Shown here piece after piece: positions 9,457-22,936 of a stretch of 64,000 nt of DNA. Position 1 is the first letter of the stretch. Every line of letters starts with the position of its first letter. The stretch is taken from the NCBI RefSeq assembly GCF_009914755.1, contig NC_060935.1, one strand, 5' to 3'. The notes below the pieces were generated by a model, which worked only from the letters and a program-made list of their open reading frames with translations, ran no database searches and was not told where the DNA came from. A program made the translations under genes and the position numbers. Source of the DNA: the human T2T-CHM13v2.0 reference genome, Homo sapiens.

Positions 9457-9834
9457 AATTGCACTCTATACCAATTATAATTTAGGATTAAGACTAAATA
9501 CTCTCGTAGAATGAAAGTAAAAATAGACATTTTTGGAAGGCCAATTTGACAGTGAATATCGGAAACATAAAACAGACCTATCCTTCAATCCAGTGGTTTT
9601 ATTTCTGGAAGTGTATTCTGTGTAAGAAAATAATAAAGAGAGCACGCAAAGATAAGTATATACTTAGCATTACTTATGAATGGAAAATAAGAAAAAATCT
9701 ATATATCCAACACTAAGATATCAGTTAAATTAAAGACTGCTCTACAGCTATTGGCTTTATAGTTTGAATAACATTTTCTAGATGTTGTCTACCTTTGTCA
9801 TTTTTGGATCCATCGACAAAATAATGCCTGGTTC
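9457..9834 (+). repeat. Source arm of the 378-bp inverted repeat; largely an old L1M/L1ME ORF2 3' fragment
   Basis: Reverse complement of 7308-7685. The stretch ggaaggccaatttgacagtgaatatc...cctatccttcaatccagtggttttatttctggaa resembles degenerate L1 ORF2 end sequence (subfamily uncertain). Confidence 0.85.
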
Positions 9835-11454
9835 ATTAACAGCAGGATGAACGGCACCTGTTATTACTAGTCTCTATCCAGTCTATTTTATATAGATATG
9901 CCATTCAGTTTTCTCAACACATATGTGAAGTAGATATTGTTACTGCCTTCTATAGAAATGAAAACTCTGGGACAGATAAGTATTTTTCACAAGGTCACAC
10001 TGCTAATAGGTATCATAGCTAATTTTCATTCACATCAACAATGATTTTAAGACTAGTACACTTAGGCTGCATTTCATTTATGACTGATGAAAGAATAAAC
10101 ATTCAAAGATACATCTCGAAGGAACTAAGATATTGGAAAGATTCTGGGAATGTCAATTATTAGGTTGTGGTGCCAGGTGCAGGCAAACTTATCCTTTGTG
10201 ATTATACCAATTGTTGCCATGTGCAGCATTGTCTCGTAGTGTTGGCATCTAAGTTGTATGTAAGCATGATGTTAGAACTCCAGAAATGTTTTATTTTCCA
10301 AAGTACTTACATTTAATATAAGTTTTTAACTTTCTATTACCTTAAGCCTAATATGAAACATATTTTCTTTAGGCATTATTATCTTGTGGAGTGGCATTAA
10401 GGTAGAAAATCAAGTGATCAGAACTGTGATCTACTTGTATAGTCGGTATAATTTTCAGCCAACTAGTGTTCTGCCTCTTTGTTCTCTTGTATCAAATGGA
10501 AGTTAAGGTAGTCACAATGGTCAATATAAGTATGAATTCAAATCCATGAAAATGATGAGAACAATAAATATTGGGACATAAGATGGAGCCAGCTGTGACA
10601 ACAATTCAAGGTGTCTACTATTAATGCTTGTACACCTACTGTGAGCTGATCCTATTTTGGGTAATTAGCAGACAGAAAAGAAAGAAAATCTGGTCAGTTA
10701 CATATTTCACAGTATTTCAAATATTAAAATGGAATTGTTATTCAGTAAAAGCACAACTCTCTGACACTTTGATTAGACAATTTTTTTTTTCTGGAAGATC
10801 ATCATTAGGAGTTTATTATTCGATATAATGGCAAGTGACCTGAACATTACTTTTACTGTACCCATAATAATGAGTTTCATCTGTTTCAATAAAGGCAGAT
10901 GAAACCCAAACAGAAACAACAAAATGAGAAGTAGTAATTCTCTAAAACTGTGCTCCTCAATCTTTACAGATAAAACCCTCATTAAAATAAGACCCCCCTT
11001 CAAAGATTGAGGTAGGGCAAGAGAATACCACTTACAAAAAGCTCCCAGGTGATGGTGATGGTGCTGATCTGTGGATGATACTTACTGAGTGGCAAGGCTC
11101 TAGGCTGGTAACCAATTTAATATCATTTGGTCCTCTGCTAATCTAGTTTAATCCATATTTTAGAGTATAAGGAAGAATGGATAATCTGAGTATTTTCCAA
11201 GTAATCTTCCATAACTACTGTTTTCTCTTCTGAGCATTTTATAAATCTTAGCTAGATGTGACTTTGAGTTCTTTTTCTCTGACAAGAGTCTGACGTATGG
11301 CTTTTGTCAGGTAATTCCCTTTAGCCTTAATAGAGAGTAAAGCTGAGGTTGACATGCTCTTACGAAAAATGAGAAAAGTAACAGAGCCTGAATAGAAAGT
11401 CATCCCACTCCTGTTCAGAGTTAAGCCAAGAAGTACCCCAGACAGAGCAAAGAT

Positions 11455-11970
11455 TTTTATGAAAAATATAAAGACTCAGCTTACAGAGCAATTTGGGGAA
11501 GCAATTCTACTTCCGGATATACAACTTGGAGAAACCTTCCCATACAAGTACGAGGAAATAAAACGCATCTTCACCACAATATGTTTAAGAGTAAAGGTTG
11601 GAAACAGATGTCCATCAGAAGGGGAATGGATACGTTGTATTATTTTTATTTAATGGAGAACTAAAACTGTTAAAGTGAATAGAAAGAAAATGGATAGACC
11701 TCAAAATAGAGAGTGAACATGGTAAGTTATGGAGTATTATATATAATATGATATCACTTATGTAAAACAATGGAAAAATATATCCTATTTATGGATACAC
11801 ATAAGTGGTATAATTTTAAAACATGAACTTGAGATAGCAGGTTGACTGCAGTGCTTACCACTGCGGACAAAGGGAGAATGAGAGCAGGAAATAAGTACCA
11901 GGAGAGGGTATATACATTATCTCAACTTACTGATACTTTATTTCTTGAAAGAAAAAATCTGAAATAAATA
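11455..11970 (+). mobile_element. Old L1M 3' fragment
   Basis: gcaattctacttcc...ttggaaacagatgtccatcagaaggggaatggata motifs. Confidence 0.6.
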
Positions 11971-11977
11971 TAACTCC

Positions 11978-12456
11978 TGTAGTGACTAGACACTAAAATG
12001 CCTCACAGTAATTCTCACTTGGCATTTACAATGTAATCTCTCACTTTATCTGTTGGCTATGGCTATTAACTTGCTTCTGGAGAATAGATTATAAATAAAG
12101 TAATGGGATATGACTCCCAACAATGGGTTACAAAAGCCACTGGCTTCCATCTTGTTTGTCTTTTTTGCTTTCTGGCTTGCTCATATTAATGGAAGTCAGC
12201 TCGTGCTGAGAGCTGTCCTATTGACAGGCCCACTGGGAGTGGCCTCTGGCCAACAGCCCAAGAGTAAGTGAAGGACTCAGTTCAACACCCCTAAGGAATT
12301 TGAATCCTATGAGTAGTCACGTGAGTGAGTTTACACGTGTATCCGTACCTATTCGAACATTGGGATGAGACAGCCTCCCACCTTTTGAAAGACACAGAGC
12401 AAGGGTTGAGCCACACCTGCTTCCCTGACCCACGAAGGCTGTGAGGTAATAAACAC
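11978..12456 (+). mobile_element. MLT1 MaLR LTR
   Basis: ggcctctggccaacagcc, ctcagttcaac, ttccctgacccacgaaggctgtgaggtaataaa motifs. Confidence 0.65.
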
Positions 12457-12869
12457 ATAATCTTTGTTCATTTTCTGGGTTTCCTTTCTACTATTTTAAC
12501 TGTAATTCTATATTTCTGCAGAAAATCATTCTCATAGTTTCATAGCTTTAAAGTTTCCTTTATATGTTTCATCTATTTTAAGTTGCTGTGTCATCTTGTG
12601 ATTATCTCAACAGGTTGGTATTCTTTTCTAGGAAGCCAGTTCCTATATTCAGCCCAGATTTGTTTATTCAGGTCTTGATTATGCATTCTTCTTTGTTCTC
12701 CTTTATATTTTCTACAAGGCCTACTTTTTAGTCCTGTTTGTTATATAAACAGATGCTACAGAGAAAATCTGAAAAAAAAAGGCAAATGCTGCAATTAGAA
12801 GAGATATAATTCCAATTGTCCTACTATTTTACGTGCTCATAGTTTATATTAAATGTATTATTCTTTATT

Positions 12870-15400
12870 CATTACATTAGAAATTGTCAAATATTGAAAA
12901 CATAAAGGAAATAATAATTTCATGAAAGTGTCTTGTGACTATATATTAAGTTTATTAAACTTTAATATTTTTCCAAATTTGTTTCAGTATTTTTTGACAT
13001 AAAATTAAATTTGAGAGTTCTTGAGTATTTTGCTTGGATTGTGTCTCACACTTTCTCCACTCTTAGAGGAATTACTATACTTATTTTGTCATTTACATGC
13101 ATATATTTATATTTCTATATGTGTGAAGCCTATAAAGTACATGTACTGTTCTTTAAAATTTTTGTGTCAATGATACTGTGTATATCAGTCATGATCCACC
13201 TTTTCTGGATCAACATTATATCCTAGAGATTCATGTATCTTGGTATCTTCAGTTCTAAGTTCATTTCATTTCCTGTAAAGCATACCACACTAGGACTCAA
13301 TTACAGTTTCTTTATTCATTCCCTTTTTGTAAATATTTAGGTTGTTTTAATTTTACATTGTTACATGTCAAATGGATTTTTTCATGCCTCATTGGTAATT
13401 GTATTATAAGTATTTTAGGAGTGCAATTTTTATATAAAAGCATTGTAACATTTCCAGATACTGTCAAATTGCTTTCCAAAGTGATTGACACTTCTACCAA
13501 CATTATTGTATAGGTGTTCGTATTTCTCCACATTGTCATCAACATAAAATTTTTTTGGCAATCTCTTGAGTATAGTATACCATTTTATTGTGGTTTAGTT
13601 TGCATTTTCTTGACTAGTGAGGTTGAAATTTCATGTAAATATTGGACATTCTGGTTTTTTCTAATGCATATTTCTTATTCATATATGTTGACTGTTATTT
13701 CTGTTAGAATATTTTACTTACATTTAACTGTAGGAAATTTACAAATCAGTTGGTCACTGGTTAAATGCATTGCGGATATATTTTCTCAGAATGTAACTTA
13801 ACTTTTTACTTTGTCAGTAGTACCTTTTGTTAAACAGAATTTTTTGATTTTGTGTAATGAGATATAGCAATATTTTCCTTTGTAGTCTGTGCTTTTCATG
13901 TCCTAAAAAAAACCCTTTTTACCTTAAATTTTTATTTCCTTCCAAATTTAAATTTTGATTTTCATATTTAGGTGTTTAAACCACATGAAATTATTTTTGT
14001 ATGTAATATGAAGTAATTACCTGATTTTATTTGTTTTCCATTTTTGGAGTGGTATGTATTAACCAATGTCAGTGATCTCCACTGATTTGTGAAACCACTC
14101 ACTTATATATGTTAAAAATATACTTTAAATCCTTCAGTAACATGGTTTAATTTTTTGGAAAACATTTTTCACATCTTTAAGCTTATTCCTAGATCTCATA
14201 CAGTTTTTGTCTCCTCGAAAATAATAATATAGTAAGAATAGCATAGTGTTTGTTAAGTTGGTATATAGAGCCCTATCAATCTGTTACTGTTGTCTGTTAT
14301 TTCTGTTAGTTCTTGCTCATATGGCGTTGTCTAATAGTATGTGTTAGATACTATATTTGGAAAAATTGCTTGTAAAAATAGTTTGTAAAAATTGCTTGTG
14401 TGCTTAGGAGGAAAACAGAAAAGGTTTGGTTAAAAGTAGCCAGTATCTGCCAGACTCTTTAATTTCTTTAGGATGTTTTCGCTTTTCCCTTGCTTTACAT
14501 TAGATAGACTGTTTTCTATATGTAATTCCTCTCTCTTGTATTTTTTTTGCATCATATGCCTATTTCTTTTGTGATTACCATTAACTTAGTCTATAGTGAT
14601 TATCACTAATGAAATTAAGAAATTTCTCAAGTATAACATTATTTGATAATTTTGTTGTTTCAAACATATGCGTCCTTTAGTGTTTTCTCTTTTACTAATT
14701 TTACCTTATTCACAAAAATATGTTTAAAAATCAATACTTAATTATATTTTCTGTAACATCACTATCTATAGTCATAATTTCTTATAATTTTTCTCTGTGT
14801 TCACTTTTTGGATGAAGCATATTTTGTGGTAAAAAGGATATCACTGTGACAAACTATCTTAGTCTTTATCTGTCTGAAAATATATTTTGCCATTACTCTT
14901 GAGTGATAGATGGTTTTGGAAAGTGTAAAATTTCTAGGTTGATAGTTATGTTCCCTTTGTACTTTAAGTATCTGCTGGCCTCTTTTGTAGCGGGCAAGTT
15001 TATCAATCTAGTTGTTATTTCCTTTGTTAATAGACTTCCCTGTGGAAGTTATTTTTTTCTAATGCTTGCCATTTTGTACCTTTACTATGTACTTTCTAAA
15101 AGTAAATTTATTTTTGCTTATTCACCCAGCACTTAAGAGACAATTCAAAAGAAAATATAATATAGAAATGTTATAATTTCAGAGAAAATACAACATCTTT
15201 CTTTTCAAATGTGCAAAATCCAGCTCTTTTTCTGATTCGTCTGTTCTTCATTTCTACACTTTTTTGTGTTATATATGCTTACTTAGTTTAAGGAAGTCCA
15301 TTCCTGAATTTGTACTTTGGAGTATCGTAAGCATATTTATTTTAAAGTCCTGATAGATATAAGTGTATTTTATCTGGGATAAGTTCTTATTCCTATTATT
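12870..15400 (-). mobile_element. Degenerate L1ME/HAL1-type fragments
   Basis: T-rich; gatactgtcaaattgctttccaaagtg, ttttattgtggtttagtttgcattttcttgactagtgaggttga. Confidence 0.6.
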
Positions 15401-16250
15401 GACTTTGGCTTTTTTTTGCAATATAGAATTTTTTATCTATGTTGTAATTTTTGGTTTTCTTTGCAAGTACATGTGGAAAGGAAGTATTTTTATTATGTCT
15501 TATAATGTCTTTAAAATGTCTTATAATGACATTTTGAGGCATTACAGTTCTGTTGGGGCTATTGAGATTCAGTCACTTTCCCTGGGAATAGCTTAACTAA
15601 GTTCACAGTCAAGAAGCTATATCTGCCTTCTTTCATCTTTGCAAGTCCACACCTTTCAATGTACTGTAGCCTCACATGCTCACAGAAACAGACACACATA
15701 CGTACACACAAAAGGCATCCAACCTGTTGTTATAGGTATCATGACAGAGGTACAGTATTATTTGGTAACATAGAATAGAGGCATCAAATTTAACCTGTGT
15801 TGTATGATCGGGTGAAGCAAAATTGAGGAAGTGATACTGGATCTAAAATATATTGCATGTGTAGAAGTACATTATAGATAAAAGAAATCATGTGTTCAAT
15901 GGCAAAGGGGTAAGAGAGAACACTCCTATGTTTAAGGAAACTGCACGTTATATATTATACTTGTAGCAAAGTATGAATGGCTGCAATGAAATTATAAATA
16001 GGCTTCTTATTAAGGAGTCTAAAAATTTTATCTGTGTTAACAGCAAGCCTCCATTAATCAGTGGAATCTTTTTAGCAGCAGTTGCCTGTGAGACCTCTGA
16101 GCATGCAGATTTAAAATAATAATAAAGTCTCTCTCATGGGAGGAAGGAAGTAAGGGGGGGATCAGAAAGATGCTTTCACATTTATAAAGGAAAAAACTGA
16201 TAATTATTTCAAGGAAAGCAGTAGTAGCAGAGATAAAGAGAAAATAATAG

Positions 16251-16743
<493 letters not shown>

Positions 16744-17532
16744 TAGAATTCCAACCATGTGGGACTAAATTAAAAGGTAAAATTTAAAACAAGACTAGAC
16801 TAAATTGTTAGAGTAAATTCCAGAAGAAACATGAGCAGCATATAGTGATAACACATATTTTTGTTAGGTCTGTTTTGGCCCAGAAACATTTTCATAGAGA
16901 CAAAGTGTATATCTGTAATAACTTACACATAGCTTTGTTTGCAATATTTTAACAAATATTTTTAGAGGCTTATTAACAGATTGGCTCTAAAAAGTAGCTT
17001 GAATGGCTCCTTTATACAATTACTTTACCTCTCTATAGTATAATGTTAACAGTAATCAGAATGCTTTCTGAATGTTTGTGACGCAAATTTTTACGCAGCT
17101 CTCTCGACTATTTTTCTTTGATCGGTCAATAACATATGTAGAATAGGATTACTACTGTGAACATAAAACACTATCTGTACAAGTTTATTAAACAGAGATG
17201 TACTTTTTACATTTTTTCTGTAGGAGATATTGGCCATCTACTGTGTGCAAGCTGTACATTAACTCATCACAAGAGTTATTGTTTTAATCTCTAAAGTTTT
17301 GAAAGTATTTGATAAGTATGATTGTATAGCACATTCATATGTATTATACTTTCTATTTGAAATAGAATAAAATAATAATAGTTATATAGATCTTCAGAGA
17401 TATGTACAATGATTTTGGTCAAGTACTAAATCAGTAATGTGAATAGCTCATTATAAGAGTAATTTGTGAAAAAAAACTTTATGAGCCTTTATATAATGGC
17501 TACTGCTTCTTTGTAAACTAATGATAGCATTC

Positions 17533-17845
17533 TGTCTTAGTCCATTTTGTGATTCTGTTACAGTATGCCACAGGCTGGGTAATTTAAAATGAACAGAAAT
17601 GTGTTGGCTCACAATTCTGGAGGCAGAGAAGTCTGATACAAAGTGCTAGAATCTGGTGGGGACATTCGTGCTGTGTCATCATATGGTGAAGATGGAAGGG
17701 CAGAGACAGTGAGAGCAAGAATGGATAATGCAATTGCAACAATAATGGCCTAACCACCTCTTAAAGTCCCACCTCTTAATGCTGTTACAATATCAATTAA
17801 CTTTTAATATAAATTTTAAAGGGAAGCACCTTGAAATCATAGCCG
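17533..17845 (-). mobile_element. MST/MLT1A-type MaLR LTR
   Basis: tgtcttagtccatttt...ctgggtaattta...ggctcacaattctggaggc...ccacctcttaatgctgttacaat. Confidence 0.75.
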
Positions 17846-20341
17846 ATACCCTATGCTATTTTATTAAATAGAAAGTTAATTATCAATGAATATGAAATAG
17901 TTTTTGTTTACACATGCATAATCATGGAAGCTTTTATCCAAATTTAAGTAAGATACATGGAAAACTGAAAGAACCTTTCATATATTATTTTACTACACTC
18001 AAGAGAATTTACATTATTAAAATCATGTATCTTTATCTTCAGTGGTCATGTTGATGATGTATTTTAGTCACAGATATTAAATTTGATTATAGTAGTTGTC
18101 TTAAACAATGACAAATCCCATCTAAATGTGAGCTTTTGTATAAAATATTCCCATATTCATGGAATGTATCTGTACTTGCTATATTCTATTTCCAGCGAGA
18201 ATTAGAAAACATCATGTCTGATTTCACTTTATTATTTATCATAGTAGTTAGATCATTTTAGCAACAAAAGCTATTCCATTTAGAGCAAATTTAGTGATTG
18301 TGTTGTGATGTTTAAAAAGTGTGATTTACAAAAAAAATAAGGAAGCTTTTGGTTATATTTTAATTAGCTCTGTTCTTTTGAAGATATTCCCTGGTGATAT
18401 ACTTAAAGAAGCATCAAAATTTTTAGTGATCTGAAATGATGAAAATACATATTCTAATCTACTTAAAAATATTTGGATAGAGGTTAATCTCATAATTTGC
18501 TATACATATGTCCACATTTAGGAAGTACAGAAAAAGGCTGCATTCAGAATTACTGTGTTTCATGACGATGAAAACATGGTTGTGAATATTGTGGACTGGT
18601 CCATACTAGGCAGAGAATTCACATCACATGTTATACTTTGGTCATCCCCAGGCTTTATGTTTGAAAATAATCAAGAAAGGCACAGTAGTCAGTCACTGAT
18701 ACTTGATTGAGGTGAAGAGATACACATAGTCAATGAATAAAAACTTCTGAGCTAGTCTCATAAAATAAAGAAGAGAAATGGAGCAGTACCTGGAAAGGTG
18801 AGTGCTGCTCATTGGCGTTGAGCAACCAGAAAAGTCCTCAGTATCTACTCTGTTTTCAACCCGATACTGTTATTTTGGATAATAGCTTTGATCTCTTGAA
18901 ATTGTGTCAATGCAAATGTTTCATAGACCTAAGAGGTATAATGTGGTTTAAAAAGGAACAACTGAGTTGTTAATAATTACTCTAAAGTAGTTATTTGAGT
19001 ACAAAGAGTGACATTTAAGTGATTTAAAAAATTGACCAAGGTTTAAAGTAAAAATATGCAAGGTAACATAGGTTAATTGAAAGCTCTTATGAGTTAACAC
19101 CTCAGACACATGCAGGATATATGCTTTCGGGGGACATAGGCAAGGATTATTAACCAGAGCTGACACTATACCTGTTCCTCCCTCTATAAATATAAACTGA
19201 TCCTTGATTTCATCTGTTTTTATTGTTGTTATGATTTTAGTAGGAGTAAACTTAATTAAGTGTAGGGTGCATTTCATTCTTCTATTTGTGATGAGATGGT
19301 TAGGTTAAGATATTTTATTTTTGCAGAGAGGCAGTCTGGATTAGGAGTGATTCAAATTAGATAGGTCAAACTTTTTTCGGGGGCGGGGAGCATGTTCTTC
19401 TGTTTGTCCTGATTCAGAGACTACAGTGCTGTTTTTGATGGCGGAAATGGTGGTCCTTAGAGGAAGCAAATTATTTTTCTACTAAGGCTAAGCACATAAT
19501 TTTGCTCTCTTTAATTCCCTCAATGGTAAACACAATCTGCACTTTATAAACCCTCTGTGTCTACGCAAGCTTTTAAAATTTTTAGCACTGTCTTCTGACA
19601 ATTGGATGATTCCTGCATTTACAAATTTGTGGCCTTATGTCTTCAGTACTTTTGGCTAAATTTTATCATGAACATGATTTATTAACAGATTTGACTTGGC
19701 ACATGGGCAATGGCATCCTGACTCAAAGCAACCCCTTTGGTGACAATTTTCTGTTGTTTCCTCAAAATACTCTTTGCTGATAAATTGTTTGAGAGACACA
19801 AGCACAAAATGTGATCTTTTATGAAAATAAGAATTCTCTCTTGGAGGGGGAAATTGTATTTTATTTGGATGACACACTTCTAAATAAAATACATCATGTC
19901 AGTTTCCCCAATTTAAAAATTGAGACCATATTCTAATAATAACTTTACAGTCTTATGACCATTCATCAAAACTTTATGACTTTATTCTGCTATTGTAGTC
20001 TTAATTTTAAAGCCATTTATTATTTTATACTTAAATGCTTTTTTACCAATTTAAGTATATGTGGTGTGAGCAAATACCATTTCATAGTCTCCTCTTTATT
20101 CTCTTTCAGCACTTACAGCAGTGCAAGGTTACTGGGAGCTTAACAAATATTAAATAAGCAGGAATCTATTTGAGGACTGCTTCATTTTTCTTGAAATCTA
20201 TAGGCTGAATTTCTATACCATGATAGTATATTTACTAAATATTTTTGAACACAATAGTGGATTTTGGATTATAAATGGAAAGGAGAAAGAATAATGTCCA
20301 CCTTCAACAAGATGACCTATTGGTTTGGCATCCTGTGAATC

Positions 20342-21590
20342 TTAGGTTGGTGTAAATGGAATTGAGGTTTCGGACCATGAATTTTAAATCATGATAACTA
20401 GGCTCCAATACATCTTTATTAATCAAAATAGGAACCCACACATTTTTGCTAATGAAAAATAAATTTGTTTATTCCTCTAACATAATAATCCATGCTTCAG
20501 GATTCAGCAAACTCTTGGAAAGCATTTTCTGCATCCTCCTGGTTGTGGAAGTGTTTTTCCTGCAAAAAGTTGTTGAGATGCTTAACGAAGTGGTAGTTGG
20601 TTGGCAAAAGGTCAGATGAATATAGAGAATGAGGCAAAATTTCATAGCTCAATTCGTTCAACTTTCGAAGTATTGCTTGTGTGACATGCAGTCAGGCATT
20701 GTGGTGGAGAAGAATTTGGCCCTTTCTGTTGACCAGTGCCGGCTGTTGGCGTTGCAGTTTTTGGTGCAGCTCATCCATTTGCTGAGCATACTTTTCAGAT
20801 GTAATGGTATCACCAAGATTCAGAAAGCTATAGCGGATCCAACTGGCAGCAGACTGCCAGTGACCATAACTTTTTTTTTTTGGTGCAAATTTGGCTTAAG
20901 GAAGTGCTTTGCAGCTTCTCTGTTCAACCACTAAGCTGGTCATCATCAGTTGTCTTATAAAATCCACTTCTCATTGCATGTCACAATGTGATCGAGAAGT
21001 GGTTGATTGTTGTTGCATAGAATAAGAGAATATGATACTTCAAAATGTTATTTTTTTTAATTTTGAGTCAGCTCATGAGGCACCTACCTACTAAGGTTTT
21101 TCACCTTTCCAATTTGCTTCAAATGCTAAATGACTAGAATGGTGGACATTGAGTTCTTCAGCAACTTCTCGTGTAGTCAGAAGAGGATCAGCTTTCATGA
21201 TTGCTCTCATTTGGTTGTTGTCAACTTCCAATGGCCAACCACTGAGTTCCTTATCTTCAAGTTCCTTGTCTCCTTTGCAAAACTTCTTGAACCACCACTG
21301 TGCTGTACATTCATTAGCAGTTACTGCACAAAATGTGTTGCTGATGTTATGAGTTGTCTCCGCTGCTTTATGACCCATTTTGGACTCGAGTAAGAAAACT
21401 GCTTGAATTTGCTTTTTGTCTAACATCATTTCCATAGTCTAAAAAAAAATCAAGTAATAAGTCATTAGCAAAAAAGCAAGAAATGCCCATTAAAATGATA
21501 TATAACATAACCACATTTAACAATGCATTCCAATATCCAATGGCAAATCCCAACGAGGCAAAAACTGTAATTACATTGGCATCAACCTAA
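20342..21590 (-). mobile_element. Near full-length HSMAR1 mariner transposon with a disabled transposase
   Basis: TIRs ttaggttggtgtaaatggaattg (20342) and caaaaactgtaattacattggcatcaacctaa (to 21590). ORF 21435-21091 (-) MEMMLDKKQIQAVFLLESKMGHKAAETT...QWWFKKFCKGD matches the HSMAR1 transposase N-terminus and then frameshifts. Confidence 0.95.
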
Positions 21591-22173
21591 CACATGGAGT
21601 TGGTGCACTTTGATTGTTATCATAAGTGATAATATTACTGCATCCTCTGACCTCTCTTTTATATCTGTACGAAAGTGACAAAAAACCTATTAGACTTTAA
21701 CTTATGTTGTGTGTACAACGAAATGCTACACTACCCATGAAACATTCATCAATATGCTTGTTAATAAATCGTTCTCTTCAATTCTTAGAAATCCTTGAAG
21801 GTTTTATAGTTTATACTTGTTTAAGTTTCATAAACTTCATTTCAATGTTGAAAGGCAACTTAAAGTTAAAAGAAGATTTGGACAATTTTTTTAAGAATTC
21901 ATCTAAGATACTTGGTGCAAAAATTTTTCTCACCTTGTAACTATGTCATCATAAAATATAATTTCTAGTTAACACTTCAAAATTTCTTGAAATTGTCACA
22001 TAAAGTATACTAATGATCATTAAAATGGCATTTCTTAAAATTTTATTGGGCATGATAGGCTGCTATTTCCTTTATATTATATTACTGAGACACTTAGTTT
22101 ACATTACATGAATAAGCTAGTCACAGACATAAATTACAGCTAACCAGCAGGCAGAACAGTTGCAGCCTGGCAT

Positions 22174-22253
22174 TAGATGTAATCCCTGAGAAAAATAAGC
22201 ACAGAAGTTGATGTAGATGTAATCCCTGAGAAAAATAAGCACAGAAGTTGATG
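22174..22253. repeat. Perfect 40-bp tandem duplication
   Basis: tagatgtaatccctgagaaaaataagcacagaagttgatg x2. Confidence 0.97.
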
Positions 22254-22570
22254 TTAAAAAGAGGATTTAAGCCTGAAAGGCAGATTTAGAATTGAGGGAG
22301 ACATGATAATGTTGGGTCATGATCCAATAAAACAATCGAAACAGTGATCCAAAACCAAAAAGCAATCCTTTCTGAGAACCTGGCTGCAGGAGTCTCAGAT
22401 GGATGATACTTAAAATGTCTTGATATGAAGGAAGTTATAAAGTTAGTATCTGGGTAGCCTATCAGTAAGTGGCAGAAGTTTCAGAAGGAGCTAGAGAGGA
22501 CCGGACACTAACTTGATCCTAGGACAGGACTCTATAAAGGAAACTATTGTCTCCATAACAAGATAATATA

Positions 22571-22936
22571 CAGACAATCCCTAATTTAAGGTAGTTTGAT
22601 TTAGAATTTTTTAACTTTATGATGGTGTGAAAGTGATATGCATTCAGTAGAAACCATACTCTGAGAACCCATACAACCAATCTGTTTCTTACTTTCAGTA
22701 GAGTGTTCAGTAAATTACATGAGATGATAAAACTATATTATAAAATAATCTTTGTGTTAGATGACTTTGCTTAACTGGAGACTAATGTGAGTGTTCTGAA
22801 CAACTTTAAAGTAGGCTAGGATAAACTCTGATGTTCAGTATATTAGTTGAATTAAATGCATTTTTGAATTATAATATTTTAAATTTAGGAATACGTTTGT
22901 TGAGGTGCAATCTTATTGTAAACTGAAGAGCATCTG
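22571..22936. mobile_element. Tigger3-type non-autonomous DNA transposon
   Basis: ta|cagacaatcc ... gagcatctg|ta termini with TA target duplication; internal tgcattcagtagaaaccatact motif. Confidence 0.8.

Noticed and set aside
21091-21435. Active mariner transposase or SETMAR gene
   Set aside because: Frameshifted after about 100 codons, the catalytic region is degraded, and there is no SET domain.
22174-22253. CRISPR-like direct repeats
   Set aside because: Only two adjacent units with no spacers, in eukaryotic intron DNA.
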